DNA of 63,963 bases, filler included, from Licmophora abbreviata (lineage: Eukaryota): assembly GCA_900291995.1 (NCBI GenBank). It is 7 parts of 7 records of this genome, joined end to end, with 100 filler letters (N's around TTAATTAATTAA, not from the genome) between each part and the next. Parts side by side here need not be neighbours in the genome. Positions count along the whole stretch, not along the records: positions 1 to 26,143 come from OLMU01003026.1; 6 more parts are not named here. The stretch is one strand, 5' to 3'. Below the pieces are notes generated by a model. The model was not told the DNA's origin. It ran no database searches and was given only the letters and a program-made list of their open reading frames with translations. How positions within the stretch are numbered: position 1 is the stretch's first letter; every line of letters starts with the position of its first letter. Both the position numbers and the translations under genes were made by a program. Positions 12,774 through 23,509 of this stretch are shown in pieces.

Positions 12774-15700
12774 TTATCGTAGATAGGAGAACGTGTCGCG
12801 GATCGAGGACGAGAGCTCCGGGCAACGAAGACAATTTACCTCCTTCTCCACAGGGTGCTCTATAAAGATCTGGCCACTGCCTTCTTTTCTCGCGCGCTGC
12901 TCCAAATCCTGTTTATCTCTGTCGGCGGCGTCCACTCGCTTTGCCTGTGCAGCATTGATAGTCAAAGCCGTTGATGTATAGCTGTCCATCATAGTCCGAG
13001 CCAGATCAAGGCGACCAACTTGGGCCACGTATCTAATTGTGCCGTTGACCTCTCGACAGAACTCAGAGTCGATGCAATTTATTTTCAGCGAGGCCACGAG
13101 ACTCCGCAATTCTTCCTCACTTCCAGGTTTTATCCTGTTTCGTTGTCTTTTGGGCTTCCTTTTCTTTTTCTTTTGTTTGCCGTGCCTGTTGTATTTCGAA
13201 TGATGTTTGTTAACGCCCTGGTCTCCCGTGATTGTGAAAGAACTTTGAGTGCCGACAGATATGACGCTCGAAACGGTGGTAGCACTTCCCATACTGGATC
13301 CACTCATATTACTCAAGACGCTTGAATTTGATGCAGCTGAGGCCACAGAAAACAGACTACCAGTGTCATCTGCATGGGTATCCATGCCTTCACCAAACGG
13401 CATATCAGCCTCGCGAATGGCTGCCTTTCGAACCTCTAGCACCTCATTGTATCGCTCACTTGCTTCCATAAACGACTCTGTTCGACTTTCAAGATCTACC
13501 ACGGATGAACGAACAAAAGATACACATGAATCGATGCACTTCTTGACGAGGTCTTGCCGAGAATGCATTGACGATATTCGGTGGGCCTCGCTCCACATCT
13601 TGGCCTTCACCAGCATGTCGACAGCTCCTACGGTGTCCTCACAGTAGTCGAGGAGAATTCGGGCTGCATCAGCAAGAGACCGGCGGCGATCGGCTATACC
13701 TCCCCTTTGCTCTGACGCTAATTCTTCCGCTATCGAATATGCCAAGCTCTGCGTCTCATCATCAGTGCATCCTTCACCGTTCTTGCCTATGACGGCGCTG
13801 AAGAAGTATCTCCAGTCACCACAAGCTCTTGCCGCCCGTTTCGCACCGGCATAATCAGGAGGCTTAGCCGATAGAAAAACTAGAAGTGCAGTCTCTGACT
13901 CTTGTTTCTGCAGCAACTGCTGGCCAAGAGAGACAGTAATTAATCTGTGATTACTGTCGTCGCCCTCAAATAAATGGAGACCGAGGAGATGCAAGTTCAT
14001 ATTCTGGATCAACTTCATGCAATGGTCAAAGTCGTTTCCGTATGGTATCGTGCCGTCGGGGAGGGCCATATCATCCAGTTGTTCGCTGCTCGCTCTCGAT
14101 TGCACCAGATTCTTCAACGCGGCCTCGTATCTTTTGAGGCGCATGTCGACTTCGTATTTCCCGTAGTGCGATGGAAGTGTCCTCAGCCGCTTCAGGTATG
14201 GAAGATAAACTTTTGGGTCCATCTGTGAGTTTCGAGCCACTGCTCTGGCCACATCGTAGTCGTACATCCCCAAGGCCGTGTCAAATAATATCTTGTAGTC
14301 AGCCAGAAATGCCAAGTAATGAATGGAAGATTGCGCGCGTTCGCCGAATAGTGGCGGCTTCTTGCTCGTCGGTGGGTGGGAGCCGAGTGCGTTCTTTTTA
14401 ATCATACTGAGAGCGTCCTCGAGACGTGGCGGGTTCTCTTTGGCGAACGTCGACAAGATGGGAAGTAGGAAGTGACCTTCAGATACAGGGTTTCCAGAAG
14501 ATGTAATTTTCATCTCCTCCGCGAGCAGCAGAATATTTCTAATCTTCCTACACACTTCATTGACCTTTGTTGACGGATCGAAATCTGACGACTCTTTCGC
14601 TTCATTGCCCATTTGACCAAACCAGCTGGGGACTCGAAACCTTGTTTGAGTAACGTCGACGTTTTGCAGGCAAGAAATGAACAGATTGAGGTGGTCGACG
14701 ATCGTCACCCTCTCTAAAAACTCGTTTACGCCGTTCTCCAGCAGAAATGCGGTAGGGTCCAGATCGACAATCAAATTTAGATCGACTTTTTGTCGTCTCA
14801 TCATGACAAATGCCTCTCCGTACTCTCTACAGCGAATCTTCGACATGACATACGGTAACACCAGAGCCCGCGGATAGATGCCTTCAATGTTTCCCCGAGG
14901 CATCTGGAGAACAGCGATCGGTTTCATCGGAAGTATCGCCACAAGTCGGGCACCTCTTTCGACGCAACGAGGCTCGTACCCCTCCAACAGATGATTCTCG
15001 TCGGAGCCCATCAATGGATCAAAGGTCTTTAGTTCTTCCAACGGTAGAAATCGGCACTGCGGTCGGGCGTCCGACGTCACGTAGCAAAGGAATCGGTGCG
15101 CCAATGAGAGTATAAAAGACGAAGAAGAATCAGAAAGCAACCGATCGTGACAGTACAGTCGACCTCGATTAGATCTCCCAATCACAAGTCGCAGGTTTGG
15201 AGCATCGCCATCATCATCGATCCCAGTCGATGCATCACCATGAAGCGCCGAAATCCAAGGGCATGGTTCAAGCAGCGGTTCGGCGACGGATGGAACGAGG
15301 CGACTTTCCCCCGATCCATAATACTCATACTCTAGGAGAATGCCGTCATCCAGCTCAATAAGCACTCCCTCTTTGGCGTCAGACCAGTGGATCATACGCA
15401 ATATTCTTCCGTCAACAGAGGTTGACTTGGTGATAGAGGCTACTGGGCCTGCCTCCTGGCCCCATTGCATAGAAATTTCAACAAGATGTTCGCATCGCTC
15501 GTTTACGAGCGCTGGTGCTACTGCGACTAGCTCGATGCTCAGGTCAGACGTTCGCAAAACTCGAATTTGCCGCAGGGAGGAGACGGAAATGCCTTGCGTC
15601 GCGGTCCATCGAGCAGCCCCCACGATGCAAGGCGACTGTTCACTCTCAGTAGAACTCTCACGCCCAACCAGTATCAAAGAACCGTCAGAAAGGTGAACCA

Positions 15701-16991
15701 ATGCGGTCAGTACACAACCGTCACTGGGAATGAACGAGACTTCCTGAATAGGCATCGGCAATTCCGTAGAGAATAAATACATGGGCGGGGGGATCATTGT
15801 TTTGTCGAACGGAGTCATGTTGAGATTGCAGCCATCAATTGATACGGATATGCATGATGGTGAGTCGTTCATTGGAATGAAAACCGAGCTTGGATCCCAA
15901 CAGAATTCATACTCCCTCCAACAGGCCGCTCTGGACGAAGCGCTTCCTAAGGCGACACATAGGACGTATGCCTTCTCGTCATCGAATCGGACACACGAGA
16001 TCTGTTCATTCATGTATCGGAGCTCTTGTTTCAGGTACCAGTGATAGTTACTTCGATGCCACAATTGTACTTTATCGTTGTGACCTGGTTCCCGAAGAGA
16101 GACAGCTAGCAAGTCGGATTCAACATTCCATGCCAATCCAAGCACGGTAGCCTGAATAGGAGTCGTCTCGTCACTGGCGTCGGGTCGCAAGGGAAATTCA
16201 CGATGTCGGAGTCCATTAGGCTCAAAGAAGACAACCTGTTGAGTTCGTTTCCCCTTTCGCTGGACAGCTGTCACTAGATTTGAGCACCCCCCACCTGCCC
16301 ATGCGATCTCACTCTGCAAATTTGGAACGGCCTTGCCGCTCCCGTCTTCACTTCGTCCGATAGAGTTCAGCGCAAGGTCGTCTCTCGAATATGTTCTTAT
16401 TCGTCTCACCCCATCTCCCTTGTCTAAACTGCTGATGGCACAGAAGGTCCCGTCGGGTCGCCAGGCCATGGAAACCTCAGCGGAATCGGCCTCTCCCGAA
16501 GAGACATGCGGCTCGATGGGAGACTCGGAAAGGACTTCCAATTGCCCATTCATGCCCAACAAAACCGTACTCAGACTTCCAGTCATATCGGCCACGACGG
16601 TAACAAGGAACAAAACTTCGCGATCGGGACTCCACTTTCCAGCCTCCAGTCCATGATCGAACTCGCCCACCAGTTCACATGCGCCGGTACTGGACGACAC
16701 CGTCACAATGGCTCCACTTTTCGATAAACAGACAATATTGGGATCGACGAACGTCGCATCGAACCAATCGCCCTTTGTGGTAGACGTTTGATTTAGATCT
16801 ACGCTCCAGTGTACGTCGCCATCTACATTGATTCGTTGCAAGATGCCGTCGATTGTAAGGAGGATGATGCAATCGTCGGATCCATCTATACTCGGAACAC
16901 GACAAAGGTCGCAAATTACAGATTGTTCCCCTGAGCGCACTTCGAACTCAGTCGAACGGTGCCTTTCAGCTAGCAACACTAAATTTCTCAT
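12774..16991 (-). CDS. ELP1: Elongator complex protein 1 (IKI3/IKBKAP), intronless
   Basis: Conserved start MRNL, then WSPD, FFEPNGLRH, NYHWYLKQ, RCVERGARLV, LQMPRGNIEGIYPR, ALGMYD, SQMDPKVYLP and a basic C-terminal region with PGSEEE. Confidence 0.96.
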   Translation of the reverse strand: MRNLVLLAERHRSTEFEVRSGEQSVICDLCRVPSIDGSDDCIILLTIDGILQRINVDGDVHWSVDLNQTSTTKGDWFDATFVDPNIVCLSKSGAIVTVSSSTGACELVGEFDHGLEAGKWSPDREVLFLVTVVADMTGSLSTVLLGMNGQLEVLSESPIEPHVSSGEADSAEVSMAWRPDGTFCAISSLDKGDGVRRIRTYSRDDLALNSIGRSEDGSGKAVPNLQSEIAWAGGGCSNLVTAVQRKGKRTQQVVFFEPNGLRHREFPLRPDASDETTPIQATVLGLAWNVESDLLAVSLREPGHNDKVQLWHRSNYHWYLKQELRYMNEQISCVRFDDEKAYVLCVALGSASSRAACWREYEFCWDPSSVFIPMNDSPSCISVSIDGCNLNMTPFDKTMIPPPMYLFSTELPMPIQEVSFIPSDGCVLTALVHLSDGSLILVGRESSTESEQSPCIVGAARWTATQGISVSSLRQIRVLRTSDLSIELVAVAPALVNERCEHLVEISMQWGQEAGPVASITKSTSVDGRILRMIHWSDAKEGVLIELDDGILLEYEYYGSGESRLVPSVAEPLLEPCPWISALHGDASTGIDDDGDAPNLRLVIGRSNRGRLYCHDRLLSDSSSSFILSLAHRFLCYVTSDARPQCRFLPLEELKTFDPLMGSDENHLLEGYEPRCVERGARLVAILPMKPIAVLQMPRGNIEGIYPRALVLPYVMSKIRCREYGEAFVMMRRQKVDLNLIVDLDPTAFLLENGVNEFLERVTIVDHLNLFISCLQNVDVTQTRFRVPSWFGQMGNEAKESSDFDPSTKVNEVCRKIRNILLLAEEMKITSSGNPVSEGHFLLPILSTFAKENPPRLEDALSMIKKNALGSHPPTSKKPPLFGERAQSSIHYLAFLADYKILFDTALGMYDYDVARAVARNSQMDPKVYLPYLKRLRTLPSHYGKYEVDMRLKRYEAALKNLVQSRASSEQLDDMALPDGTIPYGNDFDHCMKLIQNMNLHLLGLHLFEGDDSNHRLITVSLGQQLLQKQESETALLVFLSAKPPDYAGAKRAARACGDWRYFFSAVIGKNGEGCTDDETQSLAYSIAEELASEQRGGIADRRRSLADAARILLDYCEDTVGAVDMLVKAKMWSEAHRISSMHSRQDLVKKCIDSCVSFVRSSVVDLESRTESFMEASERYNEVLEVRKAAIREADMPFGEGMDTHADDTGSLFSVASAASNSSVLSNMSGSSMGSATTVSSVISVGTQSSFTITGDQGVNKHHSKYNRHGKQKKKKRKPKRQRNRIKPGSEEELRSLVASLKINCIDSEFCREVNGTIRYVAQVGRLDLARTMMDSYTSTALTINAAQAKRVDAADRDKQDLEQRARKEGSGQIFIEHPVEKEVNCLRCPELSSSIRDTFSYLR

Positions 16992-17223
16992 GGGTGTAGG
17001 CAGCTGTTCGCACCGAGCTATACTCTGCACCTCTCCAGCGCCGCCATTTTGTGTTTGCAAACCCGACGTGACGACGCGTGATGAGCGGCGGCACCAAATT
17101 CTGTGGCTTGAACATCTACTGTCTGTCAGCCGGCCGGGTTGAGAGATGATGTTCAATTTCATTCGATTGCAAAGGGCGACAGTCGGTACGAACAAGTCTG
17201 GCCCTTGTCTACTATCATTACTA

Positions 17224-18772
17224 TTACTTGAGCTGGGAGGCAACGGTCGCATGGTAAGGCACCGCCGCAATGTCACCGATGGCCGCCATGGCCGGATTGG
17301 TTTTGAGCATGGCAGTCACGGCGGAGCCCACAGCCGCTTCCGAAATGCCATCATACGCCGCCGACAGTTCCTTGAAACTAAAAGTACCATTCTCCAAAAC
17401 CGACGTGGTCATGGACTCGGCAAGTGTCTTGCTACCACTTTCCAAGGCAAACAGAGCTTCCGCCTTGGCAAGTGCTTTGGCCCGCTTCACTATATCCGCA
17501 GACGGCGTTGATGATAGAGCCGAAACAAGGGAATCCGCAATGCCCGAGGCGCCGACCGAGCTCGCCCCTCCGTAAACACCTACTAGACCCGTCGATGCAA
17601 ATGCTGAGACATCCTCGCCACTGGACAAGTCGAAACAGTACTTGAGCACATTCAACATGGGCGATCCGGCTGGTCCCTCAAAGGCAAGCGCCACATGCGC
17701 ATATCCCGCAGACGGAGCAGCCAAGCGAGATTCCCCGCCCAAATATAAGGCCGTAGCAGATGCGTCCGACGAGCCCGGCGTCGCTTCGTCCATGCTTTCT
17801 TCGACGGCCTTGACAAATGCGGCGTGATCTTCCACACCGGTAGCAGCCAAGACCGCGCCATTGATTCCGTAAGCAGAGCTACGGAACGACTTGATAGCAT
17901 CCATGGAAGCATCTGCACAGTAGAATGGACGGCCCATAGCAGACTGAGGTCCGTACGCAGCAGCAAAGAGGTGCTCTGTCAATACAGCCTGTGGTGACAA
18001 ATTGCACGATTGCGAACTGTTAGAGACTATAGCTTAGACAACAAAGCGAAGGGGATGATATTCCAGCAAGTCTTACCTGTGCACTAGTGCTCGCCTCGTT
18101 GGCTTCAACAGCGGCGAAGCTCTTGGCATCCCGAACATCCCACTTTTCAAAGGAACAGTCCAATGCAAGCAAGGGCAAGAGACGCGCGGCCTTTTCCGGA
18201 GAGCAGGTGAACCCAACTGTGGCACCCTTGCGCCCCGCAGTCGCAAAAGGAACGGCGCCGTCATCCTCCAAATTACGAACGATTAGCGCAGAAGACAAAC
18301 CCGAGGCCGACTTGAAGGCCAGGTTCTTGTTGATCAGCGCGGCGCCCCATTCGGATACGGCCTCGTCGGCCGATCCAGCCTTGGGGAAGGTCAGAGACAC
18401 AGTCGTCGTCGAGGCAGCATTTTCCGATACCACTGTCAGCCCACTGGCAAGAGCCGTTACAGAGGCAGCGCTAGCCTTGGCGGGTGCAGGCGAAAGAGGT
18501 GGGATGCTGAAACAGGAGAGAGGTGGGAGAATGTGAGACTAGATTCAACACGACGAGCTACGACAGAGCGCTAAAAGCCACGCCGTATCCTCCGAGCGTC
18601 CGTCGGCGTTTGTGCGGATCGAATGAAGTGGCAAGCTATTCTCAGGAGTTGTCTCTCACCCTGGATATTCTTCGTCTATTGTCAGGAGAGAGGAAAGCCC
18701 TCGCTTTGACGCAGCTGCAGATACCTGCCGAGGGACGACCCCGAGGGCACGGCGCACCGAAAGGCTTGCCAT
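17224..18772 (-). CDS. Cytochrome bc1 core subunit 2 / mitochondrial processing peptidase alpha-like (M16 family, lacking HXXEH)
   Basis: Mitochondrial presequence MASLSVRRAL; motifs AGSADE, NLAFKS, YLGGESR, AHVALAFEG and PAMAAIGD. Introns at about 18507-18659 and 17989-18076. Confidence 0.85.
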
Positions 18773-19085
18773 GGTGCAATCGCGAATGGTGTGGATCTGA
18801 AGAGCTCGCCGCTGACGTGCCTCTTTTGCAACTCGTGCCCTTTGTACTGCTGCCAACGTAAAAAAGGATGTTGAAGATGAAGAATAGATTCCTGATTCCT
18901 ACCAGGTAGATGAGGAGCACGTCCTAGACATTTTGGTGTTCGGATAGCCAATAAAAGCCTACAGCGCTGAAGGATAAAATTTGGATTCAAACGGACCTTC
19001 GCCATGATGACGGCCTCTGCATGGCAATCAGCGACAGCGCTTTCTTGTTGCCGTTCCATTCTCTCTCACACAGGTCTCATTCACC

Positions 19086-20052
19086 ATGCCGACCTCTGTG
19101 GACACTCGTACGGTCATAACGCTCAAGGGAAGCGTGGAAGTCGTGCGTGAATTCTTCTTCACGGCGATTAATTCCATCTTGTATCAACGAGGTCAGATCG
19201 GCGTCGGCGTTCTCTTCCTGTTCCGTTGTGCCAGAGATGCATCTCGTGTGCAACTTAATCTCACGTCCAGTGTGTCTCTCCTCCCTCCTACAGGAATCTA
19301 CCAGCCCGAAACCTTCAAGCGAGAGTCCAAATATGGACTGACGGTGCTCACGACGACCGATGATGGCTTGCTCGCATACCTCGGCCAAGTCATGTCCCAG
19401 ATGGAATCTTGGTTGCTCGATGGCGACGTCCAGCGTCTTGTTGTCGTTGTGACGGGAGTCGACTCTGGAGAGAGTTTGGAGCGCTGGCAGTTCAATGTCA
19501 ACGTTGACGGCACTGACAAGTCAGTCGCTGTCGCCAGTGGAGACGAGAATACGTCGGAGAATTCAACTCCGTCCGACAACAAAACCCAGTCGAAAAAGTC
19601 TCTCAAAGAGGTCCACAACGAGATTCAGGCGATTGTTCGACAAATTACGGCAAGCGTAAGTTATTCAGCTTGTACCATGAACTGAAACATTGATAATTGA
19701 ACGCGTGTGTTATCGAGAAAGTCGCTCACTCGTTTCGCCAACGCTCCCGACATTCTAGGTTACGTTCTTGCCTCTGCTGAATGAACCTTGCTCGTTCGAT
19801 CTACTCGTGTACACCGACACGGACGCGTCCGTTCCCAAGAAGTGGGAAGACTCGGACCCTCGTTACATTATGAATAGCCAGGAAGTGAAGCTTCGAAGCT
19901 TCACCACGACGGTACGTGCACATGGCTGTTTGATCTTCCTCTGGACCGACGCATGATACTCTAACACATCACATGTTCTGCTGCGTTTATCATAGGTTCA
20001 CAAGGTGGATTCCATGGTGACATACAAGGAGGCGGATGAATGGGAGTTGTAA
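19086..20052 (+). CDS. MAD2: Mitotic spindle checkpoint protein MAD2 (HORMA domain)
   Basis: ITLKGS, NSILYQRGIY, LERWQF, EIQAIVRQITASVTFLP and VKLRSFTTTVHKVD. Introns at 19192-19293, 19656-19758 and 19912-19995. Confidence 0.96.
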
Positions 20053-20286
20053 GCGATTCGGGGTAAAGGATGGGTTCATACTCGGTAACGCGTCAAAAGG
20101 GCTACAACACTCAAAATTCACTAGACGATGCTTCTGAAATGCAAAAATCTACTTTGTAGTCATGTAATTCCGTAGACAGTTCGTGAACTTCTGGCATAAC
20201 ATTCCATGAATCATAAATATGTTTATTGTGTACAATCGGTCATCATAGACAACTTGAAACTGCAGATCGATGGGCATCGAATAACT

Positions 20287-21066
20287 TTACGCACTCGCTA
20301 CACTCTCTTCCACCGTCTTGCCCTTCTTGCTCTTCCAGTCACTCACAGCCGCCTTGATGGCGTCTTCCGCAAGCATCGAGCAGTGAAGCTTGACAGGTGG
20401 GAGTTTCAAGTGCGCCGCGATATCTGTATTCTTGATGGAAAGCACCTCGTCTACATTCTTTCCCTTGATCCACTCCGTCGCGACCGAGCTTGATGCAATC
20501 GCACTACCACACCCGAATGTCTTGAATTTGCTCTCTGTAATGTTTCCATCGTCGTCTACTCGAATCTGTAGCTTCATGACATCTCCACACGCAGGAGCAC
20601 CGACAAGGCCCTGTTGTAAAAAGGAGGAGCAAACGTAAACTGTGAGATTGGTTTTGGGTCAAGTCGCGTATTGAAGAAGGACACTGCTATGACACGCCAC
20701 GTCAGCACTCCTCTAAGTAAGGCTCCTTGAAGCGGTGCAACTCGACAATGGCGGCGGAAGGATGAGCCGTCGCTGGAGGCAGGTCGTCGCTTTTCAGGTG
20801 TCGTCGAGGCATGTTTTGAGTCCCATCACTCCGAGAGACTCCTAAAATATAGCCGGATCGAACGAATTGCAATTGGAACGTACCGTTCCCACGCTTTCAT
20901 CATTCTTGTCCAGAGAACCCACGTTTCGAGGATTCTCGTAGTGTTCCACAATATTCTCGTGATATCCACGTCGCATGATTGTCACAGCAGCAGCCTGTGG
21001 GACACGCATGGATCGAGTCACTCGAGCGGCGGAGCGAGAAGCGGTCAACATCATGGCATTCATCAT
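20287..21066 (-). CDS. ISCU: Mitochondrial Fe-S cluster scaffold IscU/ISU1
   Basis: YHENIVEHYENPRNVGSLD, GLVGAPACGDVMKLQI, FKTFGCGSAIASSS and LPPVKLHCSMLAEDAI. One intron at 20611-20883. Confidence 0.97.
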
Positions 21067-21337
21067 GGCTTTCTCTCTTTTTCTTGTGTGAGTTTGTGTG
21101 ACTTGTTGCGTGTGGATGTGTGGAGGCGCGCCGCGGTTGAGTACATTTCTTACGGGAATCTACGCACGATCTTCATTTTGCGTAGAATTCTACGAGTTTC
21201 GAACGCCCAATCACACAACCTTTCGAAACGACATCGTCACCATGACGGTGCGGCCACGAGCGTTTGTTGACACTGCATGATATCTGCTCAACAACGCAGC
21301 CTCTGTATATCTCTGATTTGTGCGGAATGCGAAACGG

Positions 21338-21817
21338 ATGAACGACAGCAGCAGTATCAGTCGAAAAGAGCTGCTTTCGCTCATTCTCGTCGGCGCCTTT
21401 TGGGGATGTACGAATCCTCTGTTGCGACGTGGATCCACCGAAGAAGAATCCAAGGACGCGAGAGAATTGGGCAGTAGCGATCCCTTTGCTCAGAAGCTTC
21501 TAAAATCCCTCCGAAAGTTTCGAAACGTACGGGTTTGGCTTCCATACGCTCTGAATCAGTGCGGATCTCTTCTATACTACATACTCCTTGCCAGTTCTGA
21601 CTTGTCGACAGCAGTACCTATTTGCAATTCACTCGCATTGGTATTTTCATTTCTGACTAGTTTTATAACAGGAGAAGAAGTCGATAAGCCAGTTCGGGCC
21701 ATATTGGGATCCACTTTGGTTGTGCTGGGGGTCTCTATTTGCATGATGTCGCGCGAGATGGACTTTGTCGCATCCATGTGGCCGATGAGAATACGACAAG
21801 ACGAAAGAGCTTTGTAG
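21338..21817 (+). CDS. TMEM234: TMEM234-like (UPF0546, DMT superfamily) membrane protein
   Basis: LVGAFWGCTNPLLRRGS, PYALNQCGSLLYY and DLSTAVPICNSLA. Confidence 0.88.
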   Translation: MNDSSSISRKELLSLILVGAFWGCTNPLLRRGSTEEESKDARELGSSDPFAQKLLKSLRKFRNVRVWLPYALNQCGSLLYYILLASSDLSTAVPICNSLALVFSFLTSFITGEEVDKPVRAILGSTLVVLGVSICMMSREMDFVASMWPMRIRQDERAL

Positions 21818-22253
21818 ATGCCATAGTATGATCTATGATCATTGTGGAGAATGTCAGCATCTTGCTCTTTTTCACATTCGATGCAGAGCGACGGCGTGGG
21901 AGAGACAACCGACAAACAATTCTTGGGCCAACCTCAAAAACCACGCACTGCACGCACTGCGTCACACCACCGCATGCGATTGTCAAAATCATGAACTAGT
22001 AGTTTAAATGCCGATAAACCATTTCAATATAGCAGTAGACTAGAAAGCTGTGCAACCCCTTTACGATTAGTCCATCCTCTTTGGGGCGTGCCAAGAACAT
22101 GCTACGAGAGCTCGTTCGTGATGACCTGACAGCCGGAAGGACCGCGGGACGGAATTTCACGATCGCTTCTGTCATTTCCGCTGTGTGGACATCGGCGCGA
22201 CGCGGCGGCAATTCTGTCCCAGTGTTGTCGGCTCGGTTTCCCCTAATTTCAAG

Positions 22254-22959
22254 ATGATTTCCTTCCTTCTCATGGTGTAAGTGTGGGATCTGTCTTGTGC
22301 ATGACGATGGACGAAAACTGGTTCCTTTTGCAGAGAGTATTCGTCGCAAAAGACCAAGGACGTCGGGCTCGACGAGCGTTGCGATCCGAAGATTCCTCCT
22401 TTGTGACCTCAGACCTCGCGGCAATAATTTTTGAACGATGCTTCGCGCGCAACTTGCAACTCTGAATACTCACGATGTATCTCGCATCGCGTCGTTCTTA
22501 CACAGAAACAAACAGGGACAGACCCGTCTTTCATCCTATTACGAGTGGATTGGTATGGACGAACGCGTCGCTCTCGAATCAGAGATTATTCGCAAGTGCC
22601 TGTCGCGCTCGGAGATGCAGTGCTCATTTCTCGAGTACCGCGGCTACAAGGTGATCTATCGCCGATACGCGAGTCTCTTTTTCATTGTTGGTACCAAACC
22701 AGATGTCGGTACTGGAGAGGAGAACCACGAGAACGAACTTGCCATGCTGGAGTTCATTCATACGCTTGTCGAAACGATGGATCGGTGGGCCGGAAGTATC
22801 TGCGAACTGGACATTATGTATCAGCTGGAGCAGGTTCACTTTTTGCTGGACGAGATGGTAATGAATGGGTACATTGTTGAAACGAGCAAGAATAATGTGC
22901 TACGGCCAATTGCCTTGATGGAGCGCGAGAGTCAGAAAACCGATAGCATGTTTCGATAG
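22254..22959 (+). CDS. AP4S1: AP-4 adaptor complex sigma subunit
   Basis: A 23-nt first exon (22254-22276) plus intron 22277-22505 gives MISFLLMVNKQGQTRL. Also YRRYASLFFIVG, ENELAMLEFIH, CELDIMY and DEMVMNGYIVETSK, which are AP-4-type signatures. Confidence 0.92.
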
Positions 22960-23509
22960 AGGCTCGTTCGGCACTCACACTCTAACAACGTTTAAGGAAA
23001 AATCGCAAAGTAGAATAGCATCGAAGCAGCTTTCGGGATCCGCATATTAGCAAATGTTACTCTCGTGACACTGCTTTAGTCTGTGTAGAGTCAGGCTTCC
23101 AGTCCCACAACCCCTTTGGCCAGTTGCGCTTGCCCTCCTCTTAACCTACTTAAGGTCTGTGCAGGGGAATTCAATGATCGGAGATGCCAACCGTCGTATT
23201 CGTAGTGATCAGTGACAGCAACAGTCATCCAGTTACCGCACAGTTGCATCAGTTGTGAGTGAATCCGTCGCCTTTCGATCTATCGTTTCATGTAAATCCT
23301 TCGGTGACTTTTGCCAGCAAGGACATTAGGTGCGTGCCTAGAAATCTACGTAAAACGCGTACCGTTGATGTTTCAGCATTCCAAACTTCGCCGAGAGCAA
23401 ACAAGACCACACACACTCTCTCACAATCCTCACTCCGCACTTCATCGTGAGGGCGTTGACGAAAAGACGCGTCCAGCAGCTTGAATTATACTTCATATAT
23501 GCCCCTACT

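Noticed and set aside
16992..17276. 95-aa N-terminal extension of the 1500-aa ELP1 ORF overlapping the core-2 gene
   Set aside because: The conserved ELP1 start MRNL is at 16991; the extension begins at a non-ATG codon and is an incidental open frame.
3891..21066. An Fe-S gene cluster (flavodoxin, POLD1, ELP1, bc1 core, ISCU)
   Set aside because: The genes are interspersed with unrelated ones and the theme is loose enough to arise by chance; only the flavodoxin/POLD1 pair was kept.
21996..22424. 142-aa minus-strand ORF between TMEM234 and AP4S1
   Set aside because: It has a non-ATG start, overlaps the AP4S1 promoter and first exon, and shows no motifs.
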